From Ginkgo biloba (lineage: Eukaryota; Plantae; Ginkgophyta): a stretch of 17,663 nt of DNA. Under the pieces are notes generated by a model. That model saw only the letters and a program-made list of their open reading frames with translations, was not told the DNA's origin and ran no database searches. Made by a program: the position numbers and the translations under genes. How positions within the stretch are numbered: the stretch's first letter is position 1; every line of letters starts with the position of its first letter. Positions 1 through 9,625 of the stretch are shown here, piece by piece. The stretch spans positions 152,116,486 to 152,134,148 of the forward strand of contig JANKJI020000004.1 in NCBI GenBank assembly GCA_024626585.2. Reading direction: 5' to 3'.

Positions 1-479
1 GGGACTTACATGATAGATTTGGAGTATTTGAAGATATAATAAGCCTTCTTGAGAAATGTCACAGATTCACCTTTTGGAATCAACGCCCTTCATGTAGAGC
101 CCAGATGTAGTGCATATACAAAATTAGTCACAGTCGCAGTATGTATCTAAGCTTAATGAACAATCGCAAGCTATAACCAAACTAATGTGTAGTCAGGGTC
201 CTTTAACCAAGTTTAATGCACAATGACAATGCCAAATCAGTTTGCCAGGTTGTAGAAAGTTGCAACTCACTTTAGAGGTTAATTGGGCCCCACCACACCT
301 CCAAAAACCCTTCCAAAAGGGGCACCTTCCTTTATAGAAGCTATTAGGGTACTTTTTCTTTAAGAAAGCCTTTAGATTCTCACCATGAATCAAATAGAAT
401 GACAACAACTAAGCAAATAACAATAGAAGCCAGAAAATGACTTCTCATCGAATAGAATAACAACCATAATGCATAGAAT

Positions 480-1086
480 AACCCTTAGACTGAGGACACC
501 CTCAATATAAGGTCATGGAGAAGAATAAGAATGATGCTTAGGGTTTATCTAAACCCTCATAAACCCGTTTTATATAATGAGGAAAGGCATTTGACCCCCA
601 CATAGAGGTGATGAGCGAACATTTGCAATATGAGTGCTCTAACATCATCATTAAGCTTACTCTTAGAGATGTCCCTTACATTTATGTTGCAAATGTTTCT
701 CAAAGGATTTTTTCGTAAGGGTTCCTTGGGCCCACTTCTCATGATTGATTTAGTAAATTTTTTTGCTATAACAATGTCCAACGTAGACAACCTAGGAGCC
801 TTGAGTCAGATGGAGGGATGGAACCAGATGTCCTACCTTGGATAGCCAACAAAGATGTCTGACGTCAGACGGACTGGATGGCTAACCCAACCAATCATGA
901 TACCCAACCAAAACATTCCATTCCAGATGCATGATAGAAACTCATATGGTGAAATTGTCGTGGATAACACACCTAATTTGGAAAACTTGAATGCTCGGCC
1001 TTGCTTTGAGTAAAGGTGGTTGCATGCAAAAGAAAGGTGGCAGAAGTGGTTGTGCATGACAATGAGGTGACCTCCATGCATTTATC
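480..1086 (+). mobile_element. Possible decayed LINE (L1) ORF1 fragment
   Basis: Frameshifted pieces KAFDPH, GSLGPLLMID, WLTQPI...NIPF/RC and SYGEIVVD resemble the plant LINE ORF1 DUF4283 region followed by an eroded zinc knuckle. The match is weak. Confidence 0.35.
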
Positions 1087-2019
1087 NNNNNNNNNNNNNN
1101 NNNNNNNNNNNNNNNNNNNNNNNNNNNNNNNNNNNNNNNNNNNNNNNNNNNNNNNNNNNNNNNNNNNNNNNNNNNNNNNNNNNNNNNNNNNNNNNNNNNN
1201 NNNNNNNNNNNNNNNNNNNNNNNNNNNNNNNNNNNNNNNNNNNNNNNNNNNNNNNNNNNNNNNNNNNNNNNNNNNNNNNNNNNNNNNNNNNNNNNNNNNN
1301 NNNNNNNNNNNNNNNNNNNNNNNNNNNNNNNNNNNNNNNNNNNNNNNNNNNNNNNNNNNNNNNNNNNNNNNNNNNNNNNNNNNNNNNNNNNNNNNNNNNN
1401 NNNNNNNNNNNNNNNNNNNNNNNNNNNNNNNNNNNNNNNNNNNNNNNNNNNNNNNNNNNNNNNNNNNNNNNNNNNNNNNNNNNNNNNNNNNNNNNNNNNN
1501 NNNNNNNNNNNNNNNNNNNNNNNNNNNNNNNNNNNNNNNNNNNNNNNNNNNNNNNNNNNNNNNNNNNNNNNNNNNNNNNNNNNNNNNNNNNNNNNNNNNN
1601 NNNNNNNNNNNNNNNNNNNNNNNNNNNNNNNNNNNNNNNNNNNNNNNNNNNNNNNNNNNNNNNNNNNNNNNNNNNNNNNNNNNNNNNNNNNNNNNNNNNN
1701 NNNNNNNNNNNNNNNNNNNNNNNNNNNNNNNNNNNNNNNNNNNNNNNNNNNNNNNNNNNNNNNNNNNNNNNNNNNNNNNNNNNNNNNNNNNNNNNNNNNN
1801 NNNNNNNNNNNNNNNNNNNNNNNNNNNNNNNNNNNNNNNNNNNNNNNNNNNNNNNNNNNNNNNNNNNNNNNNNNNNNNNNNNNNNNNNNNNNNNNNNNNN
1901 NNNNNNNNNNNNNNNNNNNNNNNNNNNNNNNNNNNNNNNNNNNNNNNNNNNNNNNNNNNNNNNNNNNNNNNNNNNNNNNNNNNNNNNNNNNNNNNNNNNN
2001 NNNNNNNNNNNNNNNNNNN

Positions 2020-3617
2020 TCCACTTCAGAACAAGTATGTTTGGGGTTCCATCGATTATGAGGTGGCGAGAATTTGTAGTAGAGCACTCCAAGAATAAGA
2101 AGGGAAGAAGCCTATTTTTGAATAGAAATTAGAAGAAAATGATAGTACCACAAGATGAGGAGTTGGAGGGCACAAAAGACTTAGACTCTATAAAAGAGGC
2201 GATGACAAGTTCCAATTGGCCTAGGAGAATGAGATTGCATCTGAACTCACCTGCCACGAATTATTCAGGACNNNNNNNNNNNNNNCAAGTAATTGAGGGG
2301 AGTCTTGTCATTTTCCCAATCCCAGTTTCTCTTGATGAGCATCAATTGAATATGTTCCCAGAGGGGGGTCCCAAAGCAGTAGCTGAAGGCTTCCTGGTTT
2401 CAAGCGTAGCAAAAGCAAACTCTCGAGGAATTCATGAGCAAAGTAATTCTTTGAATAGACTAGTAGATGAGTTTTTGGATAAATTAGAGAAACCGGATAT
2501 GGAAGCTATCTTGGGTTGAGGAGAAACTCCAATCCCTCCATTGTCATTGAAGCATATGATGCCCAAATAAAGGCTACATTAATAGAGGGGGGAGCAAGCA
2601 ACAACCACAGGGCGGTGGAATAAAGTGAAGAAGCAGTTTTAGAAGGTAGTTGTGGGATTGAATATTCTTGCTTATTGGCCCTAGCACTATAACCAACTAA
2701 TGGATGCCCACCACAATATGGTGATGGGTTTCATAACCAAGTGATGGTAGCGTTGCAATAGGCATTATAGGGGACGAGTAGGTTGTGACAAATATCATAT
2801 TGGGAGTTTTAGACCAGGGTGTTGGTACGAGAGATCTAAGTGTCATTTCAGAAATGTCAGGTTGAGCAGAGAGATTCGGTGTTGGAGAAAATTGATGAGG
2901 ATCTAGAGCAATGGGTTTCATATGTTTGCGAAATCAACATGGGGGGATTTGAGGAACTAGCCACACCAAAGGAGACAAACTTTTTCACTTGCCTCAAAGA
3001 ATTCGATGGATTTCACTCGAATGGATTATTTAGTATGTGGAGCAGTTGGCAGACACCCATAACTTACATTTTTTGTTGGGGGTTACTGTTGGAGTTTGGT
3101 ACATCAATTGTCACTAACGATTGCCCATTGACTTGTATGGGGTTTCGCTTCACCTATAAAGCANNNNNNNNNNCCCCCCACCCCTCTAGCAAAAGGAAAT
3201 AATTTTTTTGTTTTTTTGATAGACAATATGTGTTTGGCCATCGCTATACTCACTATCTAATCTTTGGATGATCCCCTTGTATATTCTTCCTACATGATTA
3301 ATGAAAATCTCTTGTTGTTGTTGACTCTTGATGTCTTATTACTTTGTGTGATCTCTCTTGTGTATTTGGAATATCTTTGCAATCTCATTGTTAGTCAAGA
3401 TCTGTAACTTGGGAATAGCACTCAACAACACAACTTTGTGTAACTAGCATATCTAACCTAAATTTGCAATCCTAGTATTTTTATTCACTCCTACCAATCC
3501 ATCCATCATCTCTATTCTACGCCTCTGAATATTGTATTCCCCTTACATTACCATAACAACATCATAATTGTTGTATTGTGCTCTAGCCAAACTTGCAATA
3601 TACTCTAACCGTTAGAA
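2020..3617 (+). mobile_element. Probable 3' internal region and 3' LTR of a decayed LTR retrotransposon
   Basis: Purine-rich broken ORFs occupy 2139-2990. A G-tract (tgggggttac) sits immediately before tgttgg at 3087, resembling a PPT and LTR start. A TATAAA at about 3155 and T-rich LTR-like sequence follow. No diagnostic protein motif was recognised. Confidence 0.35.
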
Positions 3618-3717
3618 NNNNNNNNNNNNNNNNNNNNNNNNNNNNNNNNNNNNNNNNNNNNNNNNNNNNNNNNNNNNNNNNNNNNNNNNNNNNNNNNNNN
3701 NNNNNNNNNNNNNNNNN

Positions 3718-4165
3718 ACATGTTGGTGAAGAGTATCACTATTGTGAAGACAGTGGAAAACATGTTTCAAATTAGTCTAAAATCTCACAAAAAGTTAGAC
3801 GAATTATGTTCCATCCTGACTGTGCTGTGTGAGGATAAAGTGGAGGTCACCAGGATTATTATTGGTACACTTCCACTGGAGAATCCTTTGCAAGAGGACC
3901 CAACAGGCATTTCAAATATAATCTCATTTCACTTTATTATGTCTTGGAATGGCAAATCCCATGTGCCATTTAAAAGCAATCCACAATGGCTTGGATGATA
4001 AACCAAGCCATTCTTGCTTACCAGATGAAGTAACGTAATAAATCCTCTGCTTGTCAAGGATCTTCTACGGAGGGACCTAATGGATCCTTCTACATGTAGA
4101 AGTGCAAACCAGTTACATACCAGCATGAAGACAAGGGGCAATGGGGTATAGTCTATCATCATCTA
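3718..4165 (-). mobile_element. Highly degenerate Ty3/gypsy integrase fragment
   Basis: Minus-strand pieces occur in the expected order across frameshifts: DYTPLP (cf. GLYTPLP), GFITLL..SKNG (cf. MDFITxLP.S.NG), IVDCF*MAHGI (cf. VVDRFSKMAHFI) and TNLK. Confidence 0.4.
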
Positions 4166-4270
4166 GTATTTAAACAGGGTTTGAACTAAGTGTTTTAAGT
4201 ACAGTAGCTATACCTGACTGCATTGTAAAATCTTTTTGTTGTTAGATGGCAAGTTCTTTTTATGAAGTCA

Positions 4271-4826
4271 CAAATCGTGACGCTTTATATAGTAAATTAA
4301 GATGTACTGACATAATCATCTGGGTCAAAATTGGTTTTGTATGAGGTGTTGTTCAATCATAAAGATTCAAGAGTGTGTTTGTACTTGTTCTTGAAAGGCT
4401 TTGGTAGCCAATATATACTTTTGTTTTTTGAAAGAATGCTTCTTATATACTTTCAGTTTTTAATATGATTAATGTTCTTTGTGTTGTAACATGGAAAAAA
4501 TTGCTCTGCTCATAGGTTGCTTCTTGAGTGACTAGGGGCACTAATGGTTAGTATTCAAGTGCATTCAAATCATGATGCTTTATGTAGTAAATTAGGATGT
4601 ACTGAGGTAATCATTGAGGTCAGAATTGATTTTGTATGAGGTGTTATTTAATTATAGACATTCAAGAGTGTGTTTGTAAATGTTCTTGAAAGGCTTCATT
4701 AGCCAATTTATTCTTTCAGTTTTACTATGATTAAAGTTCTTCGTGTTATAACATGGAAAACATTGCTCAGCTCGTAAGTTGCTTCTTGAATAAATAGGGT
4801 TACGAATGGTTTGTACTTGAGTGTTT
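4271..4826. repeat. Diverged tandem duplication, two units (4271-4565 and 4566-4826)
   Basis: The units are colinear throughout. Examples: caaatcgtgacgctttatatagtaaattaagatgtactga vs caaatcatgatgctttatgtagtaaattaggatgtactga, a shared attcaagagtgtgtttgta, and a shared aacatggaaaa..ttgctc. Unit 1 carries an extra ~32 bp. Confidence 0.9.
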
Positions 4827-5022
4827 AAGTAATTGAACAGTGCATGCCCATATCAAATGCTAAATGACTTAGCTAGACTCTATACACTATACCAATTACA
4901 TGTTTATTTTAATAAATGATTATGCAAGTAGTTTTTTATCAGTTCTGCGCTATCAAAGTTGTGCATGATTTGCTAGCTTGCATTTATATTCACTTTTTAT
5001 TCATGAACCAGTCTTATAGTAG

Positions 5023-5286
5023 TTAGAGCTCATTCAATCGAGTTTGAATCGGTGCCCCTCCCAGTCTTAGGATTATAGGATTGTGCTTGTGAATGGCACT
5101 TGACTTGCTCATTTCTTATCTTACCTGCTGATAATGGTTCCAGTTCAGGGAGGGCTAGAAGGGCTGCTGCAGTTTGTGGACAGGAAAGAAGGATCCTGAA
5201 CCTGATAGCAGCCCAGGAGAGTAGAAGTCCTGCTCCTTGATTCATCAGTTAACAACATGAACTACATAGAGAGCAGGCGGCTCTAG
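5023..5286 (+). promoter_or_regulatory. Putative structured intronic RNA element with a candidate premature-stop cassette exon (5144 or 5149 to 5286)
   Basis: Nested complementary segments: 5023-5030/5279-5286, 5032-5037/5044-5049, 5056-5062/5148-5154, 5161-5168/5207-5214 and 5229-5235/5271-5277. An AG-free zone (5079-5141) with a pyrimidine tract precedes cag|. A candidate donor tag|gtagaa lies at 5286/5287. GC is about 50% over 5141-5280, against AT-rich flanks. Confidence 0.55.
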
Positions 5287-5563
5287 GTAGAATGACTAAA
5301 TAGAACATTAACATATCATAATCATACAACGGATGGACTTTTCCATGTTTTGTTCTCTGAAGGCTAGAAGTTAAAGCTAGGTGTGATTTTACTACCTAAG
5401 AAATTGGTATATGTGTTGGAGGGCATAATTGTTTTATTACAAATTCCCGTCTTTTCAATTGGTATTTTGAGGAGATGGTCTTTTGGTCCTTGTTTACTAG
5501 AACCAATTGGCTAAGGATGATTGAATAATGTTTTGCTGACTTTGTAATTTTATTATTCACCAG

Positions 5564-5665
5564 TTGATGACGGAAGATCTGCTTCGTGATCTTGTCCTCT
5601 ATAAGAAGTCTCATGAGAAGGCGGTCTCATCAGCAGCTCGTTCCCTTATTGCCATCTTCAGACAG
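5564..5665 (+). CDS. SDA1: SDA1 homolog, internal coding exon (LMTEDLLRDLVLYKKSHEKAVSSAARSLIAIFRQ)
   Basis: Acceptor cag| at 5561-5563 with a CTGAC branch-like motif at 5536-5540; donor cag|gtatt at 5665/5666. The exon is 102 nt (34 codons, phase 0). The peptide matches the plant SDA1 motif LMTEDLLxDLxLYKKSHEKA as I recall it. Confidence 0.93.
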
Positions 5666-5741
5666 GTATTGTATCCTTAGTTTTTCCTGGTGCATTTGCA
5701 TTCATTTCTCCTTGTAATCCAGAAGCTGTTGACTTTTGCAG

Positions 5742-6347
5742 ATCTGTCCTTTACTATTGGACAAGAAAGACCGTGGGCGGGCTGCTGATACAAAAGCAAG
5801 GCCAAAAGCATTTGGGGAAAAACATGTTGCCAGTGATGTCACTGGTGCTGAATTATTGCTTGCAGATGATGTTGCTTCTAATGATAGCAGTAGTGATGAT
5901 GAAGATTCTGCAGATGATAGCACCCTAGAGCCATCATCTATCTCAGACAGTGACCATCTAAGTGAAGACCCAGAGGAGGAAAGAATTGGAGATGAAAGTG
6001 AAGGTGCAAGTGGAAAGACTGACACGGATTTTGACACAGATGATGAGGAAGCAGCTTCTGAAGAAGATGAGGGATACACAGAGCATGAATGGGTAGGGGT
6101 TTCCAAGGAGGAGTTATCAGGTCATGAAGAAATCAGATCGGACAAAGATGAGGATACTCAGAAAACAGAAACTAAAAAAAGGAAGCTCGATGGACTTAAC
6201 ACACAAAAAGACATTTCACAGCAGAGCCTCCGAGCTCTTAAAAGAATTGCTGCTGACAAAGTAGTCACATCTAGCATAATTGGTTCTGAGGGTCTGGATG
6301 ATGGTATTTTGTCAAACGAGGATTTCCAACGCATCAGGGAACTTCAG
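5742..6347 (+). CDS. SDA1: SDA1 homolog, large exon with acidic D/E/S-rich region (ICPLLLDKKDRGR...ILSNEDFQRIRELQ)
   Basis: Lies within ORF 5736..6395. Acceptor ttttgcag| follows a 76-nt intron; donor cag|gtact. The exon is 606 nt, phase 0. KKDRGR..ARPKAFGE and ILSNEDFQRI are typical SDA1 motifs. Confidence 0.95.
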
Positions 6348-7129
6348 GTACTAGTGATCATTGGTAGATTTTACACTGTCAATGTGTTGCCATGATGAAA
6401 CATTGCACCATAATTGCCTGGTGATCTCATGATTACTTACTATCACATGGGAGCCTGTGTAGAGATTGCTGGTAGTTGCAAATGTAGATTTCTTAGTTGT
6501 TGACATAAATGTGCTTTCTATTTGCATATTTTTAATTCTCTTAAAAGTATTCACTTGCAATAAGATGTGAATTTCAGTAGAATAGGACAGTCTACCTATA
6601 TAGGGAAATGACAACTCTAGTCTCCATGAGAGATGACAAGGCTTGTATGCCTGGTAATTGGTACAATATGAATGATCAGTATAACAGGATGTAATAGTAA
6701 CGAGTTTTGCACACAACAGTCGGTTGTCATTTGGTCATAGTGGCATACAATTGGTTGCTAAGCATTACATGGTTGTTTATAGTGCACAGTTGATCACAGG
6801 CATAAAGTCAGTTGGATAAAAGTATATAGTTAGTTGCGGCAAGGAAAGCACCAGTCATCGGAGATAAAGTCAGTTGTTAACAACAAAACAATAGGCAGCC
6901 AGTCATAGACATCTAGAATGCTGGTTGCAGGCCAAGGTATGCTTGCTGCCATTAACACACAGTCAGTTGCGAGCCAAAAACAGCTTATGAGCAATGAAGA
7001 GACTTGTAAATAAAACTAGTTGTTATTCTTTAGTTTTTACCTAAGTTACCAGGAAACGGGAGTGGGAGCGGGAAACAATACTTTTCAAAATTCCAAAATA
7101 CAGGGGAGTGGCAAATTTTAGGGTTTTGA

Positions 7130-7153
7130 ATATATATATGTATATATATATAT
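7130..7153. repeat. (TA)n microsatellite, interrupted once
   Basis: Directly visible: atatatatatgtatatatatatat. Confidence 0.85.
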
Positions 7154-7271
7154 GAAACTTATGAAACTTGTNNNNNNNNNNNNNNNNNNNNNNNNNNNNN
7201 NNNNNNNNNNNNNNNNNNNNNNNNNNNNNNNNNNNNNNNNNNNNNNNNNNNNNNNNNNNNNNNNNNNNNNN

Positions 7272-9625
7272 TACACTGTTGGATTGAAAGTACATGTAAT
7301 TTCAGATATTCTACTCTATAATCGATCTAATAATTTCATCCGATTAATGTGTGGTACAATATTAAGGACTCCCTTTATTTGTTACTCGAGTGGTCACTAA
7401 GTCTCTGTTTCATCTTATTTTGATTACTAAATCAAGAGGCCTGGCTCTGCCGACATATTGATTTCCGTAATAGTTGTGTTCTTTCATATCGTTTAATTGT
7501 TGTTCTTTCTTTCTTGTTTACTCATATCACTTGGCATTGAGATAGAACCCTCTCTCTTCATATCATTATTATATATTTACTGTGAATATTGTATTCCTTA
7601 GTCCACATTTCATTTTATTCTTGTTGAGAGATTCATTGTCTATAGGAAGGGCGTTGAAGAAGTGGGACACTCAATGTATTTTCACTTCCCTATTGTTACT
7701 CGTTTGGTACATTCTCACTCGTTTGTAATGATACTTGATCTGGCATTATTTTTTGTTCTATATATTGGCATTGTGTTGTGTTATCCATTACTGATTTCTC
7801 TACAAGGGACATTACAAGTGGTATCATATTCACTCAATAATCCTGTGACTGATTCAATCCATGCTGGTAGAAACTAGGCCTATGAGCTAGCAGAATGGAA
7901 ACTGAGGAAGAAAAACTTTCAAGTGTTCTAGATATTATGGACGTGATAACAAAAGCACAAGTATTCTAGAGAGATACAAAAGCAACACTGCAAGACATAG
8001 GTACAAGACTCAACAAGTTGGAGCAAGAAACCCTGTAGATTCAACGCTTGCAACTGCAAATGCAAAGTACACTACAAAGCATCATGCAAACTAATCCCCC
8101 AGGCACCCATAGTGGACTAGGAAACCAACTAGGAAACAACATTGGACAAGGAAATCTGTGAAGCAACAGTAGTGGACATGGAGGACAAAATTGTCCAAAC
8201 AAAGGCCAATTGAAGACGTTGCAATTTGGAATTGATGGAAATTTTAACCGGTGGAATGGATTGCTAAATTGGAAATGGTTAACAATAATACATAGATAAT
8301 GTCACGAAAGTCAGGTACACTATCAGTTACCTTGGGCACAAAGGAAATGTGGCAAGATGATAGAAAATGGTACCATACTATATAACAACTTCAAAAGAAC
8401 ATTTTTGCAATGGACAACACACAATTGGGGAGATCTGTTCAATGTTCAATTATCCCATTTTCATTAAGAAGATTGACCAATCAAATACCATATATGAGAA
8501 TTTGGAAAATTATTTTGCAAACCATGGACAAAGCATCATTACTAGAGTTCTACACTGCAAACTTCTGCTAAAANNNNNNNNNNNNNNNNNNNNNNNNNNN
8601 NNNNNNNNNNNNCACATACACAATAGACAGAAATTGCTCAATTGAGATTTAGGGATAAATATCTACCCCCAGAAAGGAGATAATTCTTTATCAGAAACAC
8701 TTAAGACTACACACAAAGAAATTTCATAACAGTTGAAGCACCAAAGGCCGTAGGAAATAGGTGGCCATCTCATAGAAGACAGGATAGGGAAGAAATAAGA
8801 AGGAAGAACCTATGCTATGAATGCAACGAAGCATGAATCAAGGACCACTGTAAGGTCTGCAAGAAAATAAGAAAACAGCTTCACTCAAAAGGAAATTGAA
8901 GAAGCTGAGGAATGACAAAAAGCAAATTGAAAGAAGAGGATGAATTCATCAAAGAGCCTTTAATTTATGATGACCAACCAGAAATTTTACTATCAGCAAN
9001 NNNNNNNNNNNNNNNNNNNNNNNNNNNNNNNNNNNNNNNNNNNNNNNNNNNNNNNNNNNNNNNNNAGGAAGTACAGATAACTTCATTGGCTCGAAGAAGT
9101 AAGCAATGAGGTCTACACATACAAGCAACACCATTATTCTAGGTAACCACACTTGGAGACAACACCTTAATTTGCGTGGATGAAATTGCAAATGTTTAGC
9201 TTTCAATGTGGAATTATGAGTTATATTCAAACTTTTTTCCCTAGCAGTCAGTGTCATCAACATTGTCCTAGGGATACAATGACTAAGGACATTTGGAACA
9301 TATGGAATGGACGACAACAGAAATTACATGTTGTAAATAATAATTCCACTGCCAAACCAATTTGTTGACTCAAGAAAGATGGATAGTATACTAAGGAGAC
9401 ATGTAGGGTTTATTGCACGATTAGAGTTTATGGAGGTACAACTGAAGCAAGAAGAACAAGAAGAAAATCCAGTTGAAGTAACTAAAGGATTGGACAAAGT
9501 ACTTCAAAGACATCGATGAGTATTTGAGGACTTACCCAATAGTCTTTCTCTAGATAGGGGAGTGGAACATGTTATTGAAAGCGAACCAAAGAAAGCCTTA
9601 ACGATAGTTCAACCCTACCATTACG
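7272..9625 (+). mobile_element. Degenerate Ty3/gypsy LTR retrotransposon (5' LTR end, PBS, gag, start of pol) in the long SDA1 intron
   Basis: LTR-like end ...gggacattaca (to 7816) is followed by tggtatca (7819-7826), a partial tRNA-iMet PBS. A gag-like WIAKLE lies near 8257, NIVLGIQ*LRTFG near 9258-9296, and VFEDLPNSLSLDRGVEHVIESEP...VQPYHY at about 9520-9624, typical of the protease-RT linker. The region has many stops and frameshifts, and the LTR start is unresolved. Confidence 0.8.

Noticed and set aside
942-2098. Long ORFs of 336-381 aa
   Set aside because: Artefacts of reading through the N gap at 1087-2019. The same applies to the other X-containing ORFs.
4572-4605. C/D box snoRNA-like ATGATG...CTGA
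   Set aside because: The span is only about 34 nt, the C box is imperfect and altered in the duplicate copy, and I see no terminal stem or guide.
5030-5245. 71-aa minus-strand ORF over the structured element
   Set aside because: No recognisable motif. Locally higher GC explains the open frame, and the splice signals are on the + strand.
5144-5286. Ordinary coding SDA1 exon
   Set aside because: It has in-frame stops and no resemblance to the expected upstream SDA1 peptide (approximately ...VGLNVVREICLRxPL).
5702-6106. 134-aa Ser-rich minus-strand ORF
   Set aside because: Antisense shadow of the acidic SDA1 exon.
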